DNA of 64,000 nucleotides from Escherichia coli (GTDB lineage Bacteria; Pseudomonadota; Gammaproteobacteria; Enterobacterales; Enterobacteriaceae): NCBI RefSeq assembly GCF_013122565.1, contig NZ_CP053258.1; one strand, 5' to 3'. Shown piece by piece: positions 1 to 10,225 of this stretch (position 1 is its first letter; each line of letters starts with the position of its first letter). The notes under the pieces were generated by a model. It saw only the letters and a program-made list of their open reading frames with translations, ran no database searches and was not told where the DNA came from. The position numbers and the translations under genes were made by a program.

Positions 1-119
1 TTAAAACCGCCACAATTCCTCTTATCGTGAGTGCGGCGGTCAGAAAATACAGCGCGATGACCATTACGGAACCCGTAAAACTCGATGGTAATGTAACGTT
101 AAGCCTCGTCTATTTATAA
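1..119 (+). CDS. fimbrial subunit-like protein, 3' fragment (5' end lies outside the window)
   Basis: Frame-3 reading ends ...PLIVSAAVRKYSAMTITEPVKLDGNVTLSLVYL then stop; this C-terminus closely matches the C-termini of the next two ORFs (LDGNVTFNIIYL, LDGNVTLSMVYI). Confidence 0.5.
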   Translation, partial: KTATIPLIVSAAVRKYSAMTITEPVKLDGNVTLSLVYL

Positions 120-139
120 CCATCAGGATGGAAAAGGTT

Positions 140-823
140 ATGCGTAAAATAATATTCGTTATTGCCCTGACAGTAACTATGATTGGCGTACAGTCGGCAC
201 ATGCTGATGAGGCAACAACGGCCCTGATGGTCAAAGGAAAGATCATCCCCGGCAGTTGTACGCCAACCCTTAGCGATGGTGGAAAAATAGATTACGGAAC
301 GATTTCATCGTCTTCGTTGTTTGATGACTCGAATAGCCTGGGCGTCAAAAATATGACGCTGCATATATCCTGTAGCGATAGCGGTTATGTTGGCTTTACC
401 GCAACAGATAATCGTAGTGATAGCTTGCCGGAACATATTGAGGTGGTTAATGTTAAGAATAATGATGATTATCGTTTGTTTGGGTTAGGGAAAACGGCAG
501 AAGATAAAGTTATTGGTGCATTTACCATTGATGTAGACACAACAAACATTAAGGTGGATGGAAAGAATTATGGTTTTGTTTATATTTTATACTCAACCAA
601 TGGTACATCATGGCTATCCAATACTGTAAATATTCGCAGTTATAGTGATAAAGCCCCTAATATTGAAGCACTGATTAATAAAACGGGTGTAGGAGTAAGA
701 GCATTTAAGGAAGCTGAAATTCCTTTGGTTATTAATACCTCCATTGTCGACGCACGAGATCTTTCAGTAACCGATAAAGTTATGCTTGATGGGAATGTTA
801 CCTTTAACATTATCTATCTGTAA
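140..823 (+). CDS. chaperone-usher fimbrial subunit-like secreted protein
   Basis: ORF track 128..823; the ATG at 140 gives signal peptide MRKIIFVIALTVTMIGVQSAHA. Cys pair in the mature part; C-terminal strand with penultimate Tyr, typical of pilus subunits; paralog of the 850..1575 product. Confidence 0.6.
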   Translation: MRKIIFVIALTVTMIGVQSAHADEATTALMVKGKIIPGSCTPTLSDGGKIDYGTISSSSLFDDSNSLGVKNMTLHISCSDSGYVGFTATDNRSDSLPEHIEVVNVKNNDDYRLFGLGKTAEDKVIGAFTIDVDTTNIKVDGKNYGFVYILYSTNGTSWLSNTVNIRSYSDKAPNIEALINKTGVGVRAFKEAEIPLVINTSIVDARDLSVTDKVMLDGNVTFNIIYL

Positions 824-849
824 TTACGTTGATAAGAGCCAGAACAAAA

Positions 850-1575
850 ATGAAAATAAACCATCCAGTTTTATTTCCCGCCATTGTCTTCAGCGTGCTG
901 CTTGTTAGTCAGCCTGGTTGGACCGAAGAGGGTAATGCCACATTAGAAGTTACTGGAACCTTAACGCCTGGTATTTGCACGCTACAACTTGCAGACGGCG
1001 GAATTATTGATTATGGCACAATCTACGGAATGGGGCTGACAGACACTTCCAATCAGTTGGGAGTGAAAAATATCGATCTGACCATTCATTGCGACAGCCC
1101 AACGATGGTTGCGATCTATTCTACCGATAATCGGGTTGATACCCAGGCAAATGTCGTAGTCGAGAAGTCATGGAACACTGGCGATACTGCGAGTACGCCA
1201 AACAAACGGCGTTATGGATTGGGCACCACCTCTGCGGGTAAACCTATTGGCGCTTTCACTATTGGCATCGATCTCGAAAATGTGCAGGTTGACGATCGCC
1301 CTGTATCTGACGTCCGCATGATATCTACGACGAATATTAATACTGATAATATTTCATGGAGTACATCGTATGCAGATGAGCTATGGGAACACAGTTATAA
1401 TGATTACTCGTATGCCCTTTCGCCAGGCTCTTTTTCCGCATCTACTCCTCTCCCGTTCACCAATGCCACCCTCCCATTAATTATTAGCGCTGCGGTAGCT
1501 AAATACACCGAACTGGGTACAAAAGATGAAATTAACCTTGATGGTAATGTCACGTTAAGCATGGTCTATATCTAA
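850..1575 (+). CDS. chaperone-usher fimbrial subunit-like secreted protein (paralog)
   Basis: ORF track 829..1575; ATG at 850 gives MKINHPVLFPAIVFSVLLVSQPGWT signal-like N-terminus; shares the Cys pair and C-terminal LDGNVTLSMVYI with its neighbours. Confidence 0.6.
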   Translation: MKINHPVLFPAIVFSVLLVSQPGWTEEGNATLEVTGTLTPGICTLQLADGGIIDYGTIYGMGLTDTSNQLGVKNIDLTIHCDSPTMVAIYSTDNRVDTQANVVVEKSWNTGDTASTPNKRRYGLGTTSAGKPIGAFTIGIDLENVQVDDRPVSDVRMISTTNINTDNISWSTSYADELWEHSYNDYSYALSPGSFSASTPLPFTNATLPLIISAAVAKYTELGTKDEINLDGNVTLSMVYI

Positions 1576-1590
1576 ATCCCTATAACCAGA

Positions 1591-2301
1591 GTGAATGAAA
1601 TGTTGAAAAGGATTTTTTTCTACGGCGTTTGTTTCGCCTCGTTAACGTTTTCCGCTATCAGCTTCGCCACTGGCATGGTACCGGAAACCTCCGTACTGCT
1701 GGTTAATGAAAGCAACGGCGAAGCCAGCATCAGTGTAAAAAATACGGATTCCCAGCCCGCGCTTCTTTATACCAATGTGCTGGATGTGGAAGGGGAAGAT
1801 AAAAACATCGCACTGGTCGTCACCCAACCAGTGGTTAGACTGGAAGCCGGCAAAAGCCAACTGGTGCGATTTATTCTACAGACTAAGACGCCGCTAACTG
1901 TTGAACACCTGAAACGCGTGACATTTGAAGGTATTCCTCCCAAAGAAAAAGGTAAAAATCAGGTCGCCATGACCATCCGGCAGAACATTCCAGTGATTAT
2001 TCATCCTGCGGATCTGTCAGAAGATGTGGAGCCGTGGAAGCGTTTGCAGTGGCGTAAAAAAGGCAACCAACTGGAAGTGGAAAACCCCAGCCCCTATATT
2101 GTGCGCTTATCGCAGGAAATGCAGGGATTACCCGGCCATGTCACCGGGCAAATTCCGAAAACCTGGATACTGCCCGGTGAAAAACTCACCATAAGACTGG
2201 CAGATAACGCCTCGCTATCTGCACTAATGCAGATAAAATTTTTCCCAGCTTCACGCTACGGCTATCAGGGAAATAGTTACACGACCGACATTGTTAATTA
2301 A
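1591..2301 (+). CDS. periplasmic pilus chaperone (PapD-like)
   Basis: 236-aa ORF with signal peptide, sitting between subunit genes and the usher; size and position fit a pilus chaperone. Start may be the ATG at 1600. Confidence 0.6.
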   Translation: MNEMLKRIFFYGVCFASLTFSAISFATGMVPETSVLLVNESNGEASISVKNTDSQPALLYTNVLDVEGEDKNIALVVTQPVVRLEAGKSQLVRFILQTKTPLTVEHLKRVTFEGIPPKEKGKNQVAMTIRQNIPVIIHPADLSEDVEPWKRLQWRKKGNQLEVENPSPYIVRLSQEMQGLPGHVTGQIPKTWILPGEKLTIRLADNASLSALMQIKFFPASRYGYQGNSYTTDIVN

Positions 2302-2310
2302 GTCAGGTCC

Positions 2311-4734
2311 ATGCGTTATCCGCTGTTATTATTGCTGCTGTGGGGCGGTTATTGCGCCAGTGCAGTATCAGCCGAAGAGATTCAATTCGATACCGAAACG
2401 ATGAAGTCTCTGGGGTTGAGCGAGCGCATTGGCGACTATTTCGCCAAAGAAGCCCGCTTCCTACCAGGCGTCAGCGTGGTTAACGTCATCGTTAACAGCC
2501 ACAACAAAGGGCGTGTAGAGGTCCGCTTCAACGAACAGGGCGAACTGTGCGCCAACAATACGCTATTACGCAAAGCGGGAATTAAAGATCCCGAAACTCA
2601 CCACGCCGAAGAGGAGTGCCGCGACCTGCGCGTGAGCTACCCAACCGGCACAATAACGCTTTTTCCAAATGAAAGTCGCATTGAACTACTGTTGCCAGAT
2701 GAAGCGCTGGAAATCACTAACCTGAACATCAACGAATCGCAGCGAGGCGGTACAGCGGGATTAATTAACTACACGCTGCTTTCAAGCCGTAGTGAATATA
2801 GTGGTCAACAATCAGACTACTCACAAGCGACCTTAAATACTGGTATTAACATCGCTGACTGGATGCTAAGGGGGGGGCATATTTTCACTCGTATGGACGG
2901 GCGTAATGAGGTCAGCCGAATTTACACCTATGCACAGCGTAGCCTTGTGGATTATAAAACGCTGGTGCAGCTGGGCGAAATCAATACCAATAACCCGCTA
3001 CTTTCTGGCGCGGCCATCTATGGCATTCAGTTTTCGCCCGATAATGATTTAGTGCCACAGCAAAATAATGCGGTGGTCATTGGTATAGCGAATACTGCAC
3101 AGGCGAGAGTGGAGATTCGCCAGCAGGGCACGCTTATTTACACCACGCTGGTTCCGGCGGGACCTTTTGAGTTAACAAACGTCCCGGTCGTTAGCACCCG
3201 AAGCGATCTTAACGTTAAAGTTACCGAGACCAACGGTCAGATACGCAATTACACCGTAACTGCCGCTTCTTTTATGCAGCAAAGCGGCCAGCCGCAGGGT
3301 TACACCTTTTCCGTAGGGAAAACGAACAACACGGCTGGTTATATCATAGAACCATGGTTAGCTACAGGATCGGGTGGTTGGCGAATTAACCGCCACATCA
3401 CCAATAACGCCGGTTTTCTATTATCAGAAAAATATCAGGTTCTGGCGACGCAGGTCGAAATAATGCCTCTGGAAAATCTCCAGCTCACCGGGCAGTTAAA
3501 CACCAGCCGCGATAGCTGGCACCATAAGCAGGGGCAGTCCTGGACGCTGGCTGGCGCTTACAACGCGCCGGGTAATATTAGTCCGTCGGTTTCCGTTTCC
3601 CGCTATACCCAAGGCTATCGTGATTTTAGCGATGCGCTTTCTGATGAAGACGATATTGTTTATACCAAAGGCGATTATACCGCCAGCCTTAGGTGGTCAC
3701 ACTCCATGCTGGGCAGCGTTTCTTTCAGCTATTCCCGCAGCGAAGGTTTCACCTCACAGGATGATTCTCGAAACATTTCGTTGAACTGGAGCAAAAATTT
3801 TTCCTGGGCCAGCGTTTCCGTTAACTGGCAACATCAGCTGAATAATTCACACGATCAAGATAAAAACAACTTTAACGCTATACCGAATGATGGCGACACG
3901 CTTTATGTGAATGTCAGCATTCCGCTGGGCGACAGTATGGTAAATAGCTGGATGCGGCGCAACGGCAATCGTGAGACGTATGGTTCTTCAACCACGGGGA
4001 ATATTAATGAAAATGTTTCGTGGAACGCCTCGGTCGATAGAGATCAGCAAAACCAGCAAAATAATATCAGCGGCGGTTTGAGCGCGAATTTGCACTATAC
4101 GCAGATGAGTCTCAACGCCAGCACCTCAAATGAGGATTCACGCAACTATTCTGCCAGCCTGACCGGTGGCGTAGCGCTGCATGGTAATGGCATGACCTTT
4201 GCGCCGTATTCACTCCAGGACACGTTCGCCATTGTCACAACTGAGCCTGCATTATCCGGGGTTAAAATCAACTCTCAACAAGGCGCGGTATGGACCGATT
4301 TTACCGGCAGGGCTGTTATTCCGGCGCTTTCTGCCTGGCAATCCTCTCGCGTTGAAATAGAAATGGCGTCGTTGCCTAAAAACGTAGATGTGGATAACGG
4401 CCTACAGATGATTAATCAGGGGCGCGGGTCCGTTGGCGTGGTGGCGTTTAAAACGCTGACGCAGCGGCGCGTGTTGTTAAACGTGCGTTTGCCGGAGGGC
4501 GCATTGCTGCCAAAAGGCGTGGCGCTGATGGATGCGGACGGAAACTACCAGACGACCAGCGCCGATGATGGGGTGGTTTTTTTGAATGATACCAACGGCA
4601 AAAATAGCCTATTCGTTCATGATTCCGGCATGAAAGAGGGGTGCCGAATTGATTTTGAATTGGCAGAAGAAACCCGCGCCGATATTTTTTATGAAACGAT
4701 AGATGCCGTCTGCAAGCCAATGGGGGAACGATGA
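2311..4734 (+). CDS. fimbrial outer-membrane usher
   Basis: 807-aa ORF with signal peptide MRYPLLLLLLWGGYCASAVSA; size and operon position typical of an usher; stop overlaps the start of the next ORF (ATGA). Confidence 0.8.
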   Translation: MRYPLLLLLLWGGYCASAVSAEEIQFDTETMKSLGLSERIGDYFAKEARFLPGVSVVNVIVNSHNKGRVEVRFNEQGELCANNTLLRKAGIKDPETHHAEEECRDLRVSYPTGTITLFPNESRIELLLPDEALEITNLNINESQRGGTAGLINYTLLSSRSEYSGQQSDYSQATLNTGINIADWMLRGGHIFTRMDGRNEVSRIYTYAQRSLVDYKTLVQLGEINTNNPLLSGAAIYGIQFSPDNDLVPQQNNAVVIGIANTAQARVEIRQQGTLIYTTLVPAGPFELTNVPVVSTRSDLNVKVTETNGQIRNYTVTAASFMQQSGQPQGYTFSVGKTNNTAGYIIEPWLATGSGGWRINRHITNNAGFLLSEKYQVLATQVEIMPLENLQLTGQLNTSRDSWHHKQGQSWTLAGAYNAPGNISPSVSVSRYTQGYRDFSDALSDEDDIVYTKGDYTASLRWSHSMLGSVSFSYSRSEGFTSQDDSRNISLNWSKNFSWASVSVNWQHQLNNSHDQDKNNFNAIPNDGDTLYVNVSIPLGDSMVNSWMRRNGNRETYGSSTTGNINENVSWNASVDRDQQNQQNNISGGLSANLHYTQMSLNASTSNEDSRNYSASLTGGVALHGNGMTFAPYSLQDTFAIVTTEPALSGVKINSQQGAVWTDFTGRAVIPALSAWQSSRVEIEMASLPKNVDVDNGLQMINQGRGSVGVVAFKTLTQRRVLLNVRLPEGALLPKGVALMDADGNYQTTSADDGVVFLNDTNGKNSLFVHDSGMKEGCRIDFELAEETRADIFYETIDAVCKPMGER

Positions 4735-5309
4735 AAGTCTGGAATTTTCTTTTATCTTTAAGCGCAGGGGCAATGCTACTACCCGGCGTGCTGACCTCAG
4801 CATACGCTGAAACGGTGTGCACCTCGTCTCTTAGCGTAAAAACGTTAAATTATGGCCGGTTAACCCGCAGTGACATCGCTGCATCCCGACAAATGGAAAA
4901 TGGTCTGGCTGATGCAATAACGACAAAACAGGCGTTGTTAACGGTAAACTGTTCGCAACCTACGCGTCTGCGACTCTATTTTGCAGGAAACCACAACGAA
5001 AAAAAAATGTTCAGTCTTGGTCCCGCAGCTGCTTTTCGGATGACGGCAGGGCATGCCAATGTTGATGGGCAAGCCGTCCAGCTTCTTAGTCACCCTCAGG
5101 AAGAAGCGGCAAAAATAACTGACAGCGAGATGCAACAATCGATCAACCCCGGACACCAACTGCTTTTTATACAAAACAGCGAACTTAAAGGATCGGCATT
5201 TTCTTTACAGCTAACCGTCCAACCCCTGCTGGCGCACACGTTATTTTCTGTGGCGGACAAAACCGTTTTACAGTCAACGGTGAATATTGTCGCCGAGGCA
5301 CAGGACTAA
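4731..5309 (+). CDS. fimbrial operon distal secreted protein (possible tip adhesin or minor subunit)
   Basis: 192-aa ORF with signal peptide MKVWNFLLSLSAGAMLLPGVLTSAYA, translationally coupled to the usher; lacks the C-terminal ...VYL strand of the upstream subunits. Confidence 0.45.
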   Translation: MKVWNFLLSLSAGAMLLPGVLTSAYAETVCTSSLSVKTLNYGRLTRSDIAASRQMENGLADAITTKQALLTVNCSQPTRLRLYFAGNHNEKKMFSLGPAAAFRMTAGHANVDGQAVQLLSHPQEEAAKITDSEMQQSINPGHQLLFIQNSELKGSAFSLQLTVQPLLAHTLFSVADKTVLQSTVNIVAEAQD

Positions 5310-5550
5310 GGCCATCACCTTTTCCTTACAGGCAGGCCATCAAGAACCTGGCGAAATAGCCACACAAACTCACCTCGAAACTACCCCCAGTACATTGCAA
5401 ATACATTATTTCATTTGAATTATTTTTCTTTTAATGTGGTTCCCGCCATAAAAAACATTATTGTTATTCTTTTCATTTATATCGTTACCCGCACAGAAAA
5501 TGAAAAAGAAAACAAAAACCAGGGTAAAAGCCCCATATCGAAACATACAA

Positions 5551-5569
5551 AATGAGCGATTTTTTACAG
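5551..5569 (+). promoter_or_regulatory. conserved 19-bp upstream box, copy A (aatgagcgattttttacag)
   Basis: About 120 bp upstream of the 5688 start codon; same box found upstream of five other AT-rich ORFs in the window. Confidence 0.6.
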
Positions 5570-5687
5570 TATTCATAGGTGGTTTAGTCATAATCGTAGC
5601 AAACCAACATCCAGTTATGCTTTTTTAAGACAAATCGGCAATGTGTTGTGCTCGGGCGAATAAATATTGTGTTCAGGAGAAATTATT

Positions 5688-8306
5688 ATGGCTATATCAT
5701 CATATAGTACAGTTACAGATAAATTTGCTACGCTGACTAAAATACCAGATGAAAATAATGGATTGCAAAAAAAATCAGAAAAATTTTGTTTGTCTGTTGG
5801 TAATGAGGAGAAGTATTCAATAACCCATAAAGATATAACAAACCTTATAGCTGGTGATAGACAATCTTTTCTTAAACTAACTCTTTGGGAATTTATACTC
5901 GATCTCTTTCCCATGTATCATATAAAGGAGGCTAAAGAAAGAATTGTAGAATTTGTAACGAAAACTGAGGACAAAGTTAAGAGATTTGAGATAATTAAAT
6001 CTCTCGCTATTCCAGAAGAAAAATGGCGCTTTAGTACGACGACAGAATTTACAGTAGATGAGAATAAAGACATTATTGTTAGTAGAGTATTTAAAATAAA
6101 TATTAACTCGAAAGATAATCATAATAATGCTGAAGAAAATACAATGCGTTCTGTATTATCAGAAGAACGCAATTATAATATTTATAAACATGATATTCAT
6201 TTTGATGAGAAGGCTTTTCAATCAGGGATATTGAAAATGCAGTTCCCTAATGATAATGAAAAACTAAGCGTATATTTAAAAAATAAAATCCCCTTTGAAA
6301 ATATGACAATTGATTTATCTGCACTGAAAAAAGATGTTCTGGTATCGCTAAAACAGTGTCACTTTAAAAATATGACATTCACTGGTAATATATCTTACGA
6401 GAACCTTAATGGCCCAGTATTTGAAAATTGTTTTTTTGAGAGTTGTAATTTCGAGAATGTGTCCCTTGTTGGCTTTGATAAAGTGACCTGTGAAAGCTAT
6501 GACGTTCTTTGTAACGTAAAACCAAATAATAAAATACCGATTTACGGTATGTTTAAAGGGTGTTTTTTGTATCAATGCGAAATGAAAAATTTCAAGATAG
6601 AGACATCAAAAATATACTCTATAAATCAAGATCCCCAAAGAGGGGATAAGAAAGTCGGTGCATATCTGTTTATGCAGTCATTTGTATATGCAAGTAATCT
6701 TCAAGATGCAGTGTGTAAAGAAGCAAGTGTTATTGCAAGCAGTTTATTATCTTGCAATATAGCAAAGCTTAATGGTGTTGGAATGGATTTCATAGAAACT
6801 TCGTTTTATAGAAAAACTCGCGGTAGTTTTAGAGATAGTAATAATTTTTATGATTGTGATTTTCGTTATGTTAATATGACATGCAAACGAGATGGAATTC
6901 GTGAAGATTTACGAAATTATGATCCCAGAAAATATTTCGGGGAAAGTGAAAATAAACTTAATCTGGATAAAAATCTTTTAGATGTTATCCATGATGATAT
7001 TTTCCAAGATATGAAGACTCATTATAATATAAATGACGATATAGATAAACATATAAATCTTAATCATTGCTGTTTATATGGTGCTTGTTTGGGCGAGTTA
7101 ACCGGTGGAAATCCATTGTATGATTGTGCTATTGATATTTATACCACCAGGTTAAGTGGTAATCTTGCTGCAAACACTCAGGTTAAAATTCCTGTTTATA
7201 TGTACAATAAAGGAGCTATAGCTAAAAATGATATGTTACCTTTCATGAAAAAGATAACGAACATTTATTCACGGATAGAAGGTATTTATGAGCATAGCAA
7301 TAATATGAAGAATAATTACAAAAAGGCACTAGCCGATTTACGAAACTTATTAGATAATCTGCATAAAATCATGCCTGGTGATGATGTAAAAGATTTTCAA
7401 CTTAATGATGAAACTATAAAATATATTATAGATAATGTTTTGTACAATAGAAAAAAAGATATAGCTAGTGAAATAGATACTGATAAAGTGAATTTCATGC
7501 AGAAAATCTATAATAACCTTGATTGGTATAGACATTACGATGAAAATGGGAAAATAAAAACATATCGTTCTATTAATCCAAATGGCAATAGATTTTACTT
7601 TGATTTTAATGATTTGCAATTTCTTTACTACGATCATGAGAAGAAGAATGGTCCTAAAGTGGAGGATTTTGTGAAAATGCAAAATGTTTTTTTAACGGTG
7701 AAAAACTTTAAGGCAGAAGAAAAAATAAACCAAGAGAAATATATAGAAAAACCAGCAAATGTAGCCCATGAAATTGCTTCATTCACTAACATTGAACAAT
7801 ATGTACTGGGAGTAATTAAGGATTATAATAATGATATAAGTGAAGGGTTTACTTATAAAATGAAAGATTTAGCCGGGCTTTATGACGCAAGAAATGATTG
7901 TGTCCAAAGAAAGAGTTATTTGGAAAATTATATTTTTACTGTAAATGATAATAACAAAGAAAGTCAAGCCCAAATTAATAAAATCAGAAATGAACTAAAA
8001 AAAATAGATGAAAATATTGAAAAAATAAATAATACAATCCGGAAACTTGATGGTGAAATAGAGGGGTTTAGGCTAAGCCAGCAACAAGAAAACAGACTTA
8101 ATGTTGTAATTCAAGGTATCAATCGTTGGCTAAAAGAAAATCAAAATATGGTGGAAGCTATTAAAAAGATTGTTCCAGAGGTAATAAATAAAAATATAGA
8201 AAGTATAGAGAAGATAGATAAAACGGTTCGAGTTGTCAATGATGAAACAGAGGAATTTGAGCTAGAGTATGAACAAGATGGAGTTAATTATGTAATTCAA
8301 ATATAG
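5688..8306 (+). CDS. large pentapeptide-repeat protein, candidate secreted effector-like protein
   Basis: ORF track 5667..8306; ATG at 5688 follows an AGGAG RBS. Very AT-rich (roughly 30 percent GC by eye). Repeats such as FKNMTFTGNISYENLNGPVFENCFFESCNFENV and SCNIAKLNGVGMDFIETSF look like pentapeptide repeats; C-terminus is coiled-coil-like (KINKIRNELKKIDENIEKINNTIRKLDGEIEG). Paralog of the 10340..12748 product. Confidence 0.7.
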   Translation: MAISSYSTVTDKFATLTKIPDENNGLQKKSEKFCLSVGNEEKYSITHKDITNLIAGDRQSFLKLTLWEFILDLFPMYHIKEAKERIVEFVTKTEDKVKRFEIIKSLAIPEEKWRFSTTTEFTVDENKDIIVSRVFKININSKDNHNNAEENTMRSVLSEERNYNIYKHDIHFDEKAFQSGILKMQFPNDNEKLSVYLKNKIPFENMTIDLSALKKDVLVSLKQCHFKNMTFTGNISYENLNGPVFENCFFESCNFENVSLVGFDKVTCESYDVLCNVKPNNKIPIYGMFKGCFLYQCEMKNFKIETSKIYSINQDPQRGDKKVGAYLFMQSFVYASNLQDAVCKEASVIASSLLSCNIAKLNGVGMDFIETSFYRKTRGSFRDSNNFYDCDFRYVNMTCKRDGIREDLRNYDPRKYFGESENKLNLDKNLLDVIHDDIFQDMKTHYNINDDIDKHINLNHCCLYGACLGELTGGNPLYDCAIDIYTTRLSGNLAANTQVKIPVYMYNKGAIAKNDMLPFMKKITNIYSRIEGIYEHSNNMKNNYKKALADLRNLLDNLHKIMPGDDVKDFQLNDETIKYIIDNVLYNRKKDIASEIDTDKVNFMQKIYNNLDWYRHYDENGKIKTYRSINPNGNRFYFDFNDLQFLYYDHEKKNGPKVEDFVKMQNVFLTVKNFKAEEKINQEKYIEKPANVAHEIASFTNIEQYVLGVIKDYNNDISEGFTYKMKDLAGLYDARNDCVQRKSYLENYIFTVNDNNKESQAQINKIRNELKKIDENIEKINNTIRKLDGEIEGFRLSQQQENRLNVVIQGINRWLKENQNMVEAIKKIVPEVINKNIESIEKIDKTVRVVNDETEEFELEYEQDGVNYVIQI

Positions 8307-8330
8307 AAGACATAGAAAAAATGCACCGAT

Positions 8331-8407
8331 TTCTTAATGATGAAACAGCGGAGTTTTATCTAGATATCAACAAGAATAGGGAGTTAATGATGTAATTCAA
8401 GGTATCA
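8331..8407 (+). repeat. decayed direct duplicate of the 3' coding end of the 5688..8306 gene
   Basis: ttcttaatgatgaaacagcggag...gggagttaatgatgtaattcaaggtatcag resembles the gene's last about 75 bp (gttgtcaatgatgaaacagaggaatttgag...ggagttaattatgtaattcaaatatag) and an internal segment (gttgtaattcaaggtatcaatcgttgg). Confidence 0.5.
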
Positions 8408-8438
8408 GTCGTTCCTATAACAATGAGGTTATACGAAA

Positions 8439-8522
8439 AGACGCTTACGCATCAGTAATCTGGTGCACTTTAATTAAACCAGTGTCGCTGATGTGTAAGC
8501 GTTGACGTTGGGAGACGATTAT
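8439..8522 (+). repeat. about 84-bp hairpin-containing repeat, copy 1
   Basis: agacgcttacgcatcag ... ctgatgtgtaagcgttgacgttgggagacgattat, with inverted arms cgcttacgcatcag / ctgatgtgtaagcg; about 80 percent identical to copy 2 at 12804..12888. Confidence 0.6.
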
Positions 8523-8851
8523 ATTGTTATAGCACTGCTACGCCCTTTCCAGACGGCGTATAAGAGTGCAACATGTTGAGTTTTCCGAGCGAATGGTGCA
8601 TTTTACTAACCGAGCCATTTGAATCAACCAACGCAATAAAAAAGACTGGAATAATAAGCCTGTATTTATTATTCATCGCAATCGCACTCTACGGTTTTAT
8701 CCTGCAGAAATGAGACTACTTCCAGCGGTTGTGGATTATCCCTGGGCGATAGTCATAGTCTGGTGTCAGGATTCACAAATGACCTGTTACCTGACATGGA
8801 TATAAACACAACATAGAGTGCGGTAGTTAATCTGAATCATCTATTTTTCGG

Positions 8852-10039
8852 CTACACAGCACAAAACAACATTATTGATTCTTTATAAGAGAGAATCTCT
8901 CCATCATTTTTATATAAATCATTATTAAGAAAATCCAGAAGCTCTTGCCTTACACTATAAATATTGACTTTTTGGTCAACCAACGACAGTAATATATCCT
9001 TGATACCTTTTAATTTCATATTTCTATCAGATATTGTATTAAAAGTGAAGATGATATTACGTTTATTACAACTGGAGAACCAATATTTTAGAGTATTATT
9101 CGTCCACTTTGTCGGTGTCTTAATTAGTTGCGCTGTTGTTGTTTTTACATTATTAAATGTAGAACCGCTAAAATTTGTCCCGACGCATGAAATAAAATTC
9201 ATTTCTGAATTGTCAAAATTGCAATTCTTTATCTCACACATATCCAGATTAACATCATGAAATGTCGAACATTTCATGTTGGCATGTGAAAATAAACATG
9301 CAATAAACGTTATATATTGCAACCTGGAATGACAAAAAGATTTATTTTTAAAATCAAAACAACAGGTTTTTTTTATTTTGAAATTGTTATTATATCTGCA
9401 ATGTAAAGAAATCATGTTTTTTATTAACTGATAACACCATTGTGATGATTCTGGTAATTCATAGGGATGTAAATGGATGTTTTCATCGAATATAACCTGT
9501 GAGTTATGGTTGTTTATTGAAGATATATAGAAGCTATCATTTGTTAAAGCTATGGTTGTGCTAAAATTATAGTGGTGATCAGCGCTCATGAAATCAAATG
9601 TAACAATGTCGTTGTTTCCTTTCTTTTCTTTGTGATATGCTTTTAAAAAAGAAATATTTTCGATCTGTTCATCAGTTAATGTAAATGGCATTTCGTCATC
9701 AAAGAAAGCGTAATCGGCATTTGGGACTGGAATACTCTCAATTGAGCATAGTTTTAATAAAAAAACATGAAAACAATGAAACATGTTTTTATGCATAAGA
9801 GAACTTAATCTCTGTTGTATCTTCTGTAGTTGTCCTTTAGGAAGTAAATGCTGTAAATTTGAAAATGAACCATCTAAAACATATTTATATGTAAAAAGGT
9901 CCTCTCTTGGACCATTTATTAAAAAATCGTCAGACAATTTAGAAAAACGATTGAGATGACATAAATATTCCATTTGCTCCATGTCTATATAGTTATGGAG
10001 AACTGCGTGGTTTGGTGGTGTGCCAATAAGATTATCCAT
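8852..10039 (-). CDS. pentapeptide-repeat protein, candidate secreted effector-like protein
   Basis: 395-aa ORF in the AT-rich island; C-terminal region MKCSTFHDVNLDMCEIKNCNFDNSEMNFISCVGTNFSGSTFNNV is pentapeptide-like; has its own copy of the upstream box (F). Confidence 0.6.
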   Translation of the reverse strand: MDNLIGTPPNHAVLHNYIDMEQMEYLCHLNRFSKLSDDFLINGPREDLFTYKYVLDGSFSNLQHLLPKGQLQKIQQRLSSLMHKNMFHCFHVFLLKLCSIESIPVPNADYAFFDDEMPFTLTDEQIENISFLKAYHKEKKGNNDIVTFDFMSADHHYNFSTTIALTNDSFYISSINNHNSQVIFDENIHLHPYELPESSQWCYQLIKNMISLHCRYNNNFKIKKTCCFDFKNKSFCHSRLQYITFIACLFSHANMKCSTFHDVNLDMCEIKNCNFDNSEMNFISCVGTNFSGSTFNNVKTTTAQLIKTPTKWTNNTLKYWFSSCNKRNIIFTFNTISDRNMKLKGIKDILLSLVDQKVNIYSVRQELLDFLNNDLYKNDGEILSYKESIMLFCAV

Positions 10040-10098
10040 AAATCACCTTGATAAAATTTAATAAAATCTCTTTATTTTAACCTCGACAATAAAAGCGG

Positions 10099-10117
10099 CT
10101 ATAAAAAAACGCTCATT
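10099..10117 (-). promoter_or_regulatory. conserved 19-bp upstream box, copy F (aatgagcgtttttttatag on the minus strand)
   Basis: About 60 bp upstream of the 10039 start of the minus-strand gene, oriented toward that gene. Confidence 0.55.
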
Positions 10118-10206
10118 TTCTGATGCTGCGGTTAACCTGTGGAATGTGCCGTTAACCCCCTAAAAATCGCAAATCCAGGGTGAACACCCTGGGTTAAAAT
10201 GGAAAT

Positions 10207-10225
10207 AATGAGCTATTTTTTACAG
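10207..10225 (+). promoter_or_regulatory. conserved 19-bp upstream box, copy B (aatgagctattttttacag)
   Basis: About 115 bp upstream of the 10340 start; flanks resemble copy A over more than 25 bp (..tttttacagtattca..). Confidence 0.6.

Noticed and set aside
5406-7682. Several 60-110-aa minus-strand ORFs inside the AT-rich island
   Set aside because: All are antisense to the 5688..8306 gene or lie in its promoter; low-complexity Ile/Phe/Lys-rich translations expected from AT-rich DNA.
8964-9260. 98-aa plus-strand ORF
   Set aside because: Antisense within the 395-aa minus-strand gene; no support.
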